DNA of 64,000 nucleotides. Source: Thermotoga sp. (GTDB lineage: Bacteria > Thermotogota > Thermotogae > Mesoaciditogales > Mesoaciditogaceae). Below the pieces are notes generated by a model, which was not told where the DNA came from, did no database searches, and was given only the letters and a program-made list of their open reading frames with translations. How positions within the stretch are numbered: position 1 is the stretch's first letter; every line of letters begins with the position of its first letter. The stretch lies in assembly GCA_020722015.1 (NCBI GenBank), contig DYLQ01000005.1:8453-72452 (forward strand), written 5' to 3'. Positions 37,680 through 45,993 of the stretch are shown piece by piece. Both the position numbers and the translations under genes were made by a program.

Positions 37680-38578
37680 CTGAAGCCCCCTCTGTGTGAT
37701 GCGCCTATGATCTCTTTAATATCGAGTTTAAGTGCTTCAAGAATTTTTTTGAGATCTTCAATTATCTTTTGAATGGATTTCGGATCTATCATGGCTTGTG
37801 TTCCAATCTCGATAAGCGATGCACCGGCAACTATGTATTCTACGACATCCTCAGCTTTTTCGACCCCGCCGAGCCCTATTATCGTAAGCTCAGGAAATGC
37901 TTGCTTTACCTGATAAACTTTCCATAAAGCGATTGGCATGAAGGCGGGACCGCTCAATCCACCCCTTACATTTTTCAAAAACGGCTTGCCTGTTTTCACG
38001 TTGAACCTTGCTCCTTGGATTGAATTTCCGATGTTCACGATCTTTATACCGGACTCCATCGCAATTTGAGATTGCCATACGGTATCGAGATCGAGCGATA
38101 ACTTTGCTATCAAAGGTTTTTTTGTCGTCATTTTGCAAGCCGACAATATCTCTTTTGTCAATTTAGAATCGGAGGCTATGACACTTCCGCCAACATTCGG
38201 GCATGAAAGATTTACCTCTATCATATCCGCAAATTTCTCGACTTTTTTTGTTACATTTGCAAAATCTTCAGGACTTTCTCCTCCGACTGAAATTATTCTG
38301 ACGCATGTTTGGGGAAGAGATGGTGCGATCTTTTGGATGAAAAAATCAACTCCCGGGTTTTGAAGACCTATGGAATTCAGAAGACCGTTTTGAAGGTAAA
38401 CAAGCCGAGGAGGTATATTGCCCGTTATCGGATAAGGTGTCACCGTTTTTGAAGTGAATCCGCCTATGGTATCGGAAGACGTGTATTTGAAAAATTCATC
38501 TCCGAATCCCAAAGGGCCGGAGGCCGTTACAATCGGATTTTTAAAATGAATTCCTTCTATTTCTATCGATAAGTCCAT
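37676..38578 (-). CDS. pyrD: dihydroorotate dehydrogenase 1B catalytic subunit
   Basis: NSIGLQNPG, EVNLSCPN, GGLSGPAF. Confidence 0.95.
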   Translation of the reverse strand: MDLSIEIEGIHFKNPIVTASGPLGFGDEFFKYTSSDTIGGFTSKTVTPYPITGNIPPRLVYLQNGLLNSIGLQNPGVDFFIQKIAPSLPQTCVRIISVGGESPEDFANVTKKVEKFADMIEVNLSCPNVGGSVIASDSKLTKEILSACKMTTKKPLIAKLSLDLDTVWQSQIAMESGIKIVNIGNSIQGARFNVKTGKPFLKNVRGGLSGPAFMPIALWKVYQVKQAFPELTIIGLGGVEKAEDVVEYIVAGASLIEIGTQAMIDPKSIQKIIEDLKKILEALKLDIKEIIGASHRGGFR

Positions 38579-39225
38579 TCGAGATCAACCTCCGAAACGT
38601 TAAAAGTCGGTCCGTCTTTGCAAACGAATTTAACCCCGTCTTTTGTCATAACGGCGCATCCTTCGCACATGCCACGAGCACATGCCATCTTCTCTTCCAT
38701 CACGGCATAAATCGTACTTTCCGGGAAAGCACCTTTGATATCTTTTATCATTTCGTTAGGGCCACAGGCTAAGATATTTTCCAAAGGTGATAATTTTGCC
38801 ACATCCGTCGGGGTCGTAGGATCTACAACGCATATGCAATGATCCGGTATGTCCACAAAATCAAAAAGTTCGTCATCGGGCATACCTACTATCATCTCTT
38901 CAAAATCATATGTGGAAGCATAAAAATGAATGGGGGCATATCCTACTCCTCCTGCCATTAAAAGTACATCGTCTATTTTTGGAATTGCGTTTCCGAACGG
39001 TCCATCAACGATCAAATCTCCGTTTAGAAATTTTTCTGTTTCTCCTTTGGATTTGATGAGAAATTTTAAATTGCCGTCTTTTAGATCGTAGACGCTGAAA
39101 GGTCTTGGAATATAAGGACCTGCCTGGGTTTTTATCGTGAAAAACTGACCCGGCATTGCCTTACCACTGTATGGCAATTCAAGCAAGATGTAAGACCCTT
39201 TTTTCGAGACTTTCAACATTTCCAT
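38563..39225 (-). CDS. pyrK: dihydroorotate dehydrogenase electron-transfer subunit
   Basis: PGQF, RPFSV, GPFGN, AGGVG, MACARGMCEGC...VCKDGP 2Fe-2S motif. Confidence 0.92.
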   Translation of the reverse strand: MEMLKVSKKGSYILLELPYSGKAMPGQFFTIKTQAGPYIPRPFSVYDLKDGNLKFLIKSKGETEKFLNGDLIVDGPFGNAIPKIDDVLLMAGGVGYAPIHFYASTYDFEEMIVGMPDDELFDFVDIPDHCICVVDPTTPTDVAKLSPLENILACGPNEMIKDIKGAFPESTIYAVMEEKMACARGMCEGCAVMTKDGVKFVCKDGPTFNVSEVDLEWTYR

Positions 39226-40444
39226 ACACCTGCCTTCCGTTAACGTACGTCGCTATAACCTTGCCGTTCAAATTCTTGTTTAAAAATGGTGTGTTTGAAG
39301 ATTTCGATAGAATCGTATTTCTCGAGACATTCCACTTTTGATTTGGATCGAAGATGACGAAATTTGCCGGCAATCCTTTTTCTATTCGTCCTTCGTTCAA
39401 CTTGTATAATTTTGCCGGATCTGATGTAACCTTTTTTAAAAGTAACTCGGTTTTCACGCCTCTTTGAGAGACGATGAGGATCTCGTTCAGAAGTGTTTCG
39501 AATCCAATGATTCCGAATGGAGCAGATTGAAATTCCACTTCTTTTTCTTCAGACGTGTAAGGTGCATGATCCGTTATTATCGCATCTATTGTTCCATCTT
39601 CAAGACCTTCATAAAGTGCGATCTGATCTTCTGCCGTCGGGAAAGGAGGATTTATCTTTTTCGAGGTATCGTAGTCGTTAAGATCCTTGTCTGTAAAGAC
39701 AAGATGATGAATGCACACATCACATGTGATCTTTATCCCGTCTTTTTTTGCCTGTCTTATGAGTTTTACGGATCTCGCCGTTGATACATGGGCTATATGC
39801 ACATGAGCCTTCGTCAGGTAAGACAGCTCTATTTCTCTCGATACCGCTATCGATTCTGCGACATCCGGCATGGCATATATTCCGTAAAGTGTCGAATACC
39901 ATCCTTCTCTCATATGGCCTGTTCCGAGATCTTTATCCTGACAGTGAGAAATTATCGGAAGATCAAGCTCATACGCGTATTCCATTGCATGACGGGCAAG
40001 AAAAGCGTCCGTCAGGAAATTCCCATCGTCTGAAAATCCAACAACTCCTGCACGTGCCATTCTGTGCATTTCTGTAAGTTCTTTCCCTTCTCTTCCTTTC
40101 GTTATTGCACCGACAATTTTAACGTTTGCCTTTGCGTATTTTGCTTTTTCTTTCACGTATAGAACCATTGTTTCGTTGTCTATTGCCGGATTCGTGTTCG
40201 GCATGGCAAAAACAGTCGTTATACCGCCGTGAACCGCAGATTGTGTGCCGGAGAGGAGATCTTCCCTTTTCGTTTGACCCGGATCTCTCAGGTGTGCGTG
40301 TGTGTCTATAAGACCGGGCAATACCCAAAGACCGTCGAGGTTTAATTTTCCCCCATCTTCTTGTGCTTCAAAACGTTCGTTAAAGGCAAAAGATCCGTTG
40401 TAAAATCTTTCTCCATCGAAAATATTTGCGTTATCAAAGATCAT
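39179..40444 (-). CDS. pyrC: dihydroorotase (type I)
   Basis: PGLIDTHAHLRDPG, MPNTNP, FSDDG, HIAHVST, TDHAP, SKSSNTPF. Confidence 0.95.
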   Translation of the reverse strand: MIFDNANIFDGERFYNGSFAFNERFEAQEDGGKLNLDGLWVLPGLIDTHAHLRDPGQTKREDLLSGTQSAVHGGITTVFAMPNTNPAIDNETMVLYVKEKAKYAKANVKIVGAITKGREGKELTEMHRMARAGVVGFSDDGNFLTDAFLARHAMEYAYELDLPIISHCQDKDLGTGHMREGWYSTLYGIYAMPDVAESIAVSREIELSYLTKAHVHIAHVSTARSVKLIRQAKKDGIKITCDVCIHHLVFTDKDLNDYDTSKKINPPFPTAEDQIALYEGLEDGTIDAIITDHAPYTSEEKEVEFQSAPFGIIGFETLLNEILIVSQRGVKTELLLKKVTSDPAKLYKLNEGRIEKGLPANFVIFDPNQKWNVSRNTILSKSSNTPFLNKNLNGKVIATYVNGRQVYGNVESLEKRVLHLA

Positions 40445-40470
40445 TCATAAACACCTCCGAGCATTTGATT

Positions 40471-40621
40471 TATACTAAACACTTTTCAAAATTGAAATAT
40501 AATTTAAATTTGACGGAGAGCAAATTGCCTTGCAGGTGGCCTCCGCAGCGAAGCGAGGACCAGACACCGAAAGGTAATTGCTGAAGTCAAATGACTTCAT
40601 TTTTAAAGTTGATTAGGTATA
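40471..40621. repeat. ~150-bp TATA-bounded element, copy C, overlapping the last codons of pyrB
   Basis: TATACTAAAC...GATTAGGTATA; core identical to copy B; arms closest to copy A. Confidence 0.92.
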
Positions 40622-41510
40622 ACAAAGCCATTCTTACGAATACACCGTTTGTTACTTGTTCTTCAACGGTCGAAGCATCTGAGTCTGAGACAGAGTCGAT
40701 CACCTCTACGCCTCTGTTCATCGGACCGGGATGCATGAAAATGGAGTTTTCCTTTGCAAAACTCATGGTTTTCGGGGTTATTCCGTAAAATTCATTGTAC
40801 TCATCCAAAGAGGAGAAAAATCCTGTTGTTTGCCTTTCAAGCTGCATTCTAAGTCCCATTATCACGTCGGCATCGTTAACAGCATCTTCAATATCGTTGG
40901 ATAATCTTATGCCGTATTGTTCCGCACCCATAGGCATTAATGCATTTGGCCCGACAAAAGTTACATCCGCTCCCAACATCGTAAGAAGTTTTGCATTCGA
41001 TCTTGCGACTCGGCTGTGGAGTATATCTCCTACGATTGCGATTTTAAGCCCTTCTATTTTTCCAAAACGTTCCCAGATCGTGTACGCGTCTAAAATTGCC
41101 TGAGTCGGATGTGCCCGAATTCCGTCTCCGGCGTTTATCACAAGAGCCTTTGTGTATTTTTTAAGCATCATAGGACTTCCAGGTTCGGTATGCCTTATAA
41201 CGTAAAGATCTATTCCCATCGCATCAAGAGTTTTGACGGTGTCTTTGAATGATTCTCCTTTGTTGAGAGAACTCGTTGAGGCTGTGAAATTTACAACGTC
41301 GGCTCCAAGCCTTTTTGCAGCAATTTCAAAAGAAATCCTCGTTCTTGTCGAGGATTCGAAAAAAAGTGTACATATCGTTTTGCCCTTTAAAGAAGTCCAT
41401 TTCTTCGCAAAACCGGCCTCCTTGAATCTTTGTGCCGTTTCGAATATCAATAGAACGTCGTTTAAAGTTAAATCGTCGACATCGAAAAGATCCATTCCGA
41501 AGATACTCAT
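40587..41510 (-). CDS. pyrB: aspartate carbamoyltransferase catalytic subunit
   Basis: FFESSTRT, HPTQAILD, VGDILHSRVARSN, MHPGPMNRG, QVTNGVFVRMA; AGGAG SD before ATG 41510. Confidence 0.97.
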   Translation of the reverse strand: MSIFGMDLFDVDDLTLNDVLLIFETAQRFKEAGFAKKWTSLKGKTICTLFFESSTRTRISFEIAAKRLGADVVNFTASTSSLNKGESFKDTVKTLDAMGIDLYVIRHTEPGSPMMLKKYTKALVINAGDGIRAHPTQAILDAYTIWERFGKIEGLKIAIVGDILHSRVARSNAKLLTMLGADVTFVGPNALMPMGAEQYGIRLSNDIEDAVNDADVIMGLRMQLERQTTGFFSSLDEYNEFYGITPKTMSFAKENSIFMHPGPMNRGVEVIDSVSDSDASTVEEQVTNGVFVRMALLYLINFKNEVI

Positions 41511-41554
41511 ATCCCTTCTCCTTTCGTTGTGTGCTAAACAAAAATCATTTGACT

Positions 41555-41698
41555 TCATTTAATGTAAAAAAAAAAGACGCCCTTTAAAGGCGTCCTGTTT
41601 ATGTCAAAAATTGAAAGTCGATCGAAAAAGAAGGAAAATCCACCGCACTCTCCGTAACGGAGAAAAATGGGGAGCTTGATTTTTTCCGGCGATATCAT
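41555..41698 (-). CDS. putative pyr operon leader peptide (47 aa, PyrL-like)
   Basis: AGGAGG (41718-41713), then in-frame TTG 41701/ATG 41698; MISPEKIKLPIFLRYGECGGFSFFFDRLSIFDINRTPLKGVFFFYIK reads through the terminator. Confidence 0.6.
   Translation of the reverse strand: MISPEKIKLPIFLRYGECGGFSFFFDRLSIFDINRTPLKGVFFFYIK
41566..41594 (-). terminator. attenuator-type terminator in the pyrB leader
   Basis: Minus strand GACGCCTT-taa-AGGGCGTC followed by T10, between the promoter and pyrB. Confidence 0.88.
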
Positions 41699-41737
41699 CA
41701 AATTAACCAATTCCTCCTTTTGAAATTTTCAAAGGAA

Positions 41738-41766
41738 AGTATACTCCAAAAAAACCATAATGTCAA
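41738..41766 (-). promoter_or_regulatory. pyr operon promoter
   Basis: Minus strand TTGACA(41766-41761)-N17-TATACT(41743-41738). Confidence 0.85.
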
Positions 41767-41770
41767 CTGC

Positions 41771-41800
41771 TTGACAATTTATTTCAATATGTTGTAGAAT
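41771..41800 (+). promoter_or_regulatory. promoter of the tRNA-rpmG-secE-nusG unit, back-to-back with the pyr promoter
   Basis: TTGACA(41771-41776)-N18-TAGAAT(41795-41800). Confidence 0.75.
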
Positions 41801-41811
41801 ACGCAAGGAGT

Positions 41812-41884
41812 GCCAGCGTAGCTCAGTTGGTAGAGCAACTGATTTGTAATCAGTCGGTCGGGGGTTCAAGTCCCTTCGCTGGCT
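41812..41884 (+). tRNA. tRNA-Thr(TGT), CCA not encoded
   Basis: GCCAGCG/CGCTGGC acceptor, CTGAT-ttgtaa-TCAG anticodon arm, GGTTCAAGTCC. Confidence 0.95.
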
Positions 41885-41892
41885 GTTAAAAA

Positions 41893-41979
41893 GGAGAGAT
41901 GCCCGAGTGGCCAATGGGGACGGACTGTAAATCCGTTGGCGGATCGCCTTCGATGGTTCAAATCCATCTCTCTCCACCA
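41893..41979 (+). tRNA. tRNA-Tyr(GTA)
   Basis: GGAGAGA/TCTCTCC acceptor, ACGGA-ctgtaaa-TCCGT, long variable arm, CCA. Confidence 0.95.
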
Positions 41980-41993
41980 TCAAGAGGTGTAAA

Positions 41994-42152
41994 ATGGCTA
42001 AAAATACTAAGAATTTCGTTTCTTTGGAATGTGTGGAATGCAAATCGAGAAATTACGTTGTGAAAAAAAGTAAAGGGCAAAAAGAGAAATTAGAGTTAAA
42101 AAAATATTGTCCAAAGTGTAAAAAGCATACTGTTCACAAGGAAGTTAAGTGA
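41994..42152 (+). CDS. rpmG: 50S ribosomal protein L33, Zn-ribbon form (52 aa; below the ORF-track cutoff)
   Basis: [21 protein letters not shown]...[21 protein letters not shown]; GAGGTG SD. Confidence 0.95.
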   Translation: MAKNTKNFVSLECVECKSRNYVVKKSKGQKEKLELKKYCPKCKKHTVHKEVK

Positions 42153-42157
42153 AAAGT

Positions 42158-42233
42158 AGGCCCGTAGCTCAATTGGCAGAGCACCGGTCTCCAAAACCGG
42201 GGGTTGTGGGTTCGATCCCTACCGGGCCTGCCA
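42158..42233 (+). tRNA. tRNA-Trp(CCA)
   Basis: AGGCCCG/CGGGCCT acceptor, CCGGT-ctccaaa-ACCGG, CCA; canonical position before secE. Confidence 0.95.
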
Positions 42234-42254
42234 TGTTTTTGCGAGGTGAATGAG

Positions 42255-42452
42255 ATGGCAGATGTAGGTAAATTTGTAAGAGAAGTTAAGAGTGAGGCTC
42301 AAAAAACCAACTGGCCAACAAGGGCTAAGTTGTTTTCTTCTGCTGGAATAGTACTTTTGATCTTGATCGTGACCGGAGTTTATTTCTGGGTTCTTGATCT
42401 TGGATTTTCGAGTTTAACAACTTGGTTACTTTCTGCCCTTGGCATAAGGTAA
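42255..42452 (+). CDS. secE: preprotein translocase subunit SecE
   Basis: FVREVKSEAQKTNWPT plus one TM helix; between tRNA-Trp and nusG. Confidence 0.92.
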   Translation: MADVGKFVREVKSEAQKTNWPTRAKLFSSAGIVLLILIVTGVYFWVLDLGFSSLTTWLLSALGIR

Positions 42453-42533
42453 AGGTAATGGGATTCGAAGATATTTTGAATCTAAATCAAGGAGTGATCT
42501 TATCACTCTAAAAATCTGTTTTTTGGAGTTAAA

Positions 42534-43601
42534 ATGAAAAAATTATGGTATATAGTTCAAACTTACGCCGGTCTGGAAGAAACGGTAAAAGAATCAATAG
42601 AACAAAAAAGAGATCAAATGAATCTTTTCGATTTCGTAGGCAGGGTCTTTATACCACAAGAAAAAGTTGTGGATATGAAAAGTGGTCCCGTTGAAAAGAT
42701 AAGAGTTCCTTCGACGGCCAAGTTTCATGTTAATTCAGGTGAAGATATTGTCAAGGATCAGATGATAGCAGAACTTTCTGAAGTTCATGTAAAGCATGGT
42801 GGAAAGGTCATCGAAGTTAAGAACATGAGAAAACTTGTTATAGAGTCCATCGATCGAAAAAATAGCAGAACTTATTACATTCCCGCTGCTACGGGTATAG
42901 AAAGCGGCATAAGATTGGGTGCCAAATTGATTGAGGGAATGCCGATTGCAAAAGATAAATCTATTTTTTGTGAGATTGATGGTAAGGTTGTTCAAAACGA
43001 TCGTATCAAAAAAGTTGTAGTCCATCCAGAAGATGGTGAAGAAGATGACTTTTATTTTGTCCCACTTGAGTGCTTTAACAGATCCGTAAAAGTCAACAAA
43101 TCAATACATGCTGGAGATAAAATAGCGGATAAAAAGATATTCACATCTCCGACTTCGGGTATAGTTGAGATAGACGTCTTCGGTGCTTACAAAGAAATTA
43201 AAATATCCAAAGTTATATCCAAGAGGCTTTTCCCAGGTTATGTTTTTGTTGAAATGTTCATGAATGAGGAAAGTTGGGAAATAATTAAAAATACCGAACA
43301 TGTGATAAATTTCGTTTCAAATGCCGGACAACCTATTCCTCTCAAGGCGAAAGATGAAAAATTGATCTCGAGTTTGATGATTGAGAAAAAGAGTTCTAAG
43401 ACTACAGAAGAGGTAAAAGTTAACATAAACCTTGAAATCGGAGAACGTGTTAAAATAAAAAGCGGGCCTTTTGAAGGTTTTGCAGGTACAGTTAAAGAGG
43501 TAAGACCTGATAAAAAAGAGGTAACCGTTATGGTTACGATCTTCGGAAGAGAAACTCCCGTAGTTTTAAATGTTTCCGAAGTTGAGAAAGCAGTTTCATA
43601 A
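42534..43601 (+). CDS. nusG: transcription factor NusG with a large central insertion
   Basis: WYIVQTYAGLE, LFPGYVFVEM, KOW GERVKIKSGPFEGF, VTIFGRETPV. Confidence 0.95.
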   Translation: MKKLWYIVQTYAGLEETVKESIEQKRDQMNLFDFVGRVFIPQEKVVDMKSGPVEKIRVPSTAKFHVNSGEDIVKDQMIAELSEVHVKHGGKVIEVKNMRKLVIESIDRKNSRTYYIPAATGIESGIRLGAKLIEGMPIAKDKSIFCEIDGKVVQNDRIKKVVVHPEDGEEDDFYFVPLECFNRSVKVNKSIHAGDKIADKKIFTSPTSGIVEIDVFGAYKEIKISKVISKRLFPGYVFVEMFMNEESWEIIKNTEHVINFVSNAGQPIPLKAKDEKLISSLMIEKKSSKTTEEVKVNINLEIGERVKIKSGPFEGFAGTVKEVRPDKKEVTVMVTIFGRETPVVLNVSEVEKAVS

Positions 43602-43606
43602 AATCA

Positions 43607-43633
43607 GTGGGAGGGCATACCCGAAAATACCAC
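43607..43633 (+). promoter_or_regulatory. probable L1-binding leader of rplK-rplA
   Basis: GTGGGAGGG...ACCAC motif just before the rplK SD. Confidence 0.6.
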
Positions 43634-43646
43634 AAGGAGGTTTTTT

Positions 43647-44075
43647 ATGGCTTCAAAAAAATTGATAAGGCAAGTAAAACTTCAAATTGCCGCCGGTAAA
43701 GCAACGCCGGCTCCACCGGTGGGACCAGCCTTAGGACAGCATGGCGTGAATATAATGGCTTTTTGCAAACAATTCAACGCCGAAACGGCAAAGCAAACTG
43801 GCATGATTTTGCCGGTGATAATAAATGTTTACGAGGATAGATCGTTCACGTTCATAACGAAGACCCCTCCAGCTTCCATATTGATAAAAAAAGCCGCTGG
43901 AATAGAAAATGGCTCTGGGGAACCCAACAAGAATAAAGTTGGCAAAATAACCAAAGACCAGCTTCTTGAAATAGCAAAGGTTAAAATGCAAGATCTTAAT
44001 GCCAATGATATTGAAGCTGCCGCGCGTATAATTGCCGGGACTGCCAAAAGTATGGGCGTAGAAGTAATAGGGTAA
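43647..44075 (+). CDS. rplK: 50S ribosomal protein L11
   Basis: [29 protein letters not shown]. Confidence 0.98.
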   Translation: MASKKLIRQVKLQIAAGKATPAPPVGPALGQHGVNIMAFCKQFNAETAKQTGMILPVIINVYEDRSFTFITKTPPASILIKKAAGIENGSGEPNKNKVGKITKDQLLEIAKVKMQDLNANDIEAAARIIAGTAKSMGVEVIG

Positions 44076-44084
44076 GGTGAAAAC

Positions 44085-44783
44085 ATGCCAAGACATTCTA
44101 AAAGATACAACGAAGCAGCTAAAAAAGTTGATAGAGACAAACTTTATTCTCTTGAAGATGCGGTTAAATTGATAAAAGAAACTTCAAATGTCAAATTCAA
44201 TGAGACAATAGAAGTATCGATTAAGACAGGTATAGATCCAAAAAAGAACGAGCAGCAGATTAGAAATACCATAACTCTTCCAAATGGAACCGGTAAAAGC
44301 GTTAAAGTGCTTGTTTTTGCCGTGGGACCAAACGCAGAGGCTGCAAAGGCAGCAGGAGCAGATTACGTTGGCGGTGAAGAGTTGGCTCAGAAAATAACAT
44401 CCGAAGGATTCCTTGATTTTGATGTCGCCATAGCCTCTCCGGATACCATGAGCTTTGTCGGTAAGCTTGGTAAAGTACTTGGGCCAAGAGGTCTTATGCC
44501 ATCCCCAAAGTCCGGTACCGTTACTCCTAACATCGGCGAAGCTGTTAAATCTTTTAAAGCTGGCAGGGTTGAAGTGAGAAACGATAAGACCGGCAATCTC
44601 CATTTACCTGTTGGGAAAAAAGAATTCGAACATGATAAACTAAGCGAGAACATAAAATCAGCCGTCCAGCAGATAAACGCGTTGAGGCCGCAAGGTGTTA
44701 AGGGAAGATTTTTACAGAAATTAGTTGTAAGTTCTACCATGGGACCTGGTATAAAGTTAGATCTCAGTCAATTTGAAGACTGA
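44085..44783 (+). CDS. rplA: 50S ribosomal protein L1
   Basis: [30 protein letters not shown]. Confidence 0.98.
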   Translation: MPRHSKRYNEAAKKVDRDKLYSLEDAVKLIKETSNVKFNETIEVSIKTGIDPKKNEQQIRNTITLPNGTGKSVKVLVFAVGPNAEAAKAAGADYVGGEELAQKITSEGFLDFDVAIASPDTMSFVGKLGKVLGPRGLMPSPKSGTVTPNIGEAVKSFKAGRVEVRNDKTGNLHLPVGKKEFEHDKLSENIKSAVQQINALRPQGVKGRFLQKLVVSSTMGPGIKLDLSQFED

Positions 44784-44785
44784 TT

Positions 44786-44895
44786 CACAGCCAAAGAAGC
44801 GGGATTTTAAAGGTTGATTCCTTCCCACGGAGGCACGTGATCTTTTTAGTTTTAACAAAGTTGAAGATCAACGGCCTTAAATAGGCCGTTTTTTT
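44786..44895 (+). promoter_or_regulatory. L10 leader-like RNA with terminator-like hairpin
   Basis: GCCAAAGAAGCGGGA...TTCCCACGGAGGC, then AACGGCC-ttaaata-GGCCGTT-TTTTT before rplJ. Confidence 0.7.
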
Positions 44896-44909
44896 GAAGG
44901 AGGTATACC

Positions 44910-45437
44910 ATGCAAAAGCAACAAAAGGCTATGATAATCGACGAACTTGCCGATTCCCTTTACCAGTCTAAATTGGTACTTTTCACGGATTATAAAGGTA
45001 TGAGTGTTGAAACGATAAGCAAGTTGAGAGAAGAACTCTCAAAGGTTGATGCACGATACAGAGTTGTAAAAAACACATTGTTGAAAATATCCTTGAAAAA
45101 AATCAACCTCTATCCAGATGAGATTGAAAACCATCTTCAGGGTACGACGGCAATAATGTATTCTTTAGGAGATCCTGTTTTGGCTCTCAAGTCGCTTTAC
45201 AATTTTCTTAATGAAAATAAAAATGCTCTTGCCATCAAGTCAGGTTTGTTCGAAGGAAAATTCATAACTTCCCAACAGGCAAAAGAATTTTCTAATTTGC
45301 CTCCGAGAGATGTGCTCATTGCCCAACTTGTCGGTCAAATTCAAGCACCGATATATTCTTTACATGTTGTACTTTCAGGTACACTTAGAAAGTTGCTTTA
45401 CGCTTTGAAAGAAATAGAAAATAAAAAATCAAATTGA
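44910..45437 (+). CDS. rplJ: 50S ribosomal protein L10
   Basis: [32 protein letters not shown]. Confidence 0.96.
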   Translation: MQKQQKAMIIDELADSLYQSKLVLFTDYKGMSVETISKLREELSKVDARYRVVKNTLLKISLKKINLYPDEIENHLQGTTAIMYSLGDPVLALKSLYNFLNENKNALAIKSGLFEGKFITSQQAKEFSNLPPRDVLIAQLVGQIQAPIYSLHVVLSGTLRKLLYALKEIENKKSN

Positions 45438-45465
45438 TCTTAGAATATCATGGAGGTGTTTTAAA

Positions 45466-45855
45466 ATGACAAATGAAGAGATAATAAAGGCAATCGAAGA
45501 AATGAGCGTAGGTGATCTTGCAAAGCTCATAAAATCACTTGAAGAAAAATTTGGTGTTAGTGCTGCTGCCCCGGTTGCCGTCGCCGCTGCTCCAGTTGCT
45601 GCGGATAGTAAAGCGAAGGCAAAGGAAGAAGAAAAAACATCCTTTAACGTCATGCTTAAGGAATCTGGAGACAAAAAGTTGCAAGTTATAAAAGTCGTTA
45701 GGGAAATAACAAACCTTGGACTTAAAGAAGCAAAGGATCTCGTTGATAAGGCCGGTAGCCCAGAGGCTATGATCAAACAGAATGCGACAAAAGAAGATGC
45801 GGATCAAATAAAGGCAAAACTTGAAGAAGCAGGGGCCGTTGTAGAGTTAAAGTAA
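45466..45855 (+). CDS. rplL: 50S ribosomal protein L7/L12
   Basis: [37 protein letters not shown]. Confidence 0.98.
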   Translation: MTNEEIIKAIEEMSVGDLAKLIKSLEEKFGVSAAAPVAVAAAPVAADSKAKAKEEEKTSFNVMLKESGDKKLQVIKVVREITNLGLKEAKDLVDKAGSPEAMIKQNATKEDADQIKAKLEEAGAVVELK

Positions 45856-45993
45856 TTTGATCTAATTTTTTCGTACAAAAATCATATTCAAATTGAAACT
45901 CAACTTCATCGGAATTGTAAAGATTCTGATGGGGTATTTTTGCTTAAATATAGTGAGAGGTATTTTCATTTAACAGAAAGGCATGGTGAAAAG

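Noticed and set aside
39179-40444. PyrC as an inactive pseudo-dihydroorotase (DHAPY instead of DHAPH)
   Set aside because: The metal ligands (HxH, Asp, two His, catalytic Asp) are present
41545-41557. TCATTTGACTTCA, a 13-bp match to the repeat element, upstream of pyrB
   Set aside because: No arms or core around it; a match this short in AT-rich DNA is plausible by chance
41713-41737. Hairpin CCUUUGAA/UUCAAAAGG that could hide the leader SD (pyrC-type start-site switching)
   Set aside because: The CC needed to pair with the SD is only 3-4 nt from the -10 hexamer, upstream of a normal start window; the remaining stem is AU-only and misses the SD. NTP-sensitive initiation at UUUG stays untested.
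45907-45931. Hairpin CATCGGAAT/ATTCTGATG in the rplL-rpoB spacer as an attenuator
   Set aside because: The U tract is separated from the stem and weak, so function cannot be supported
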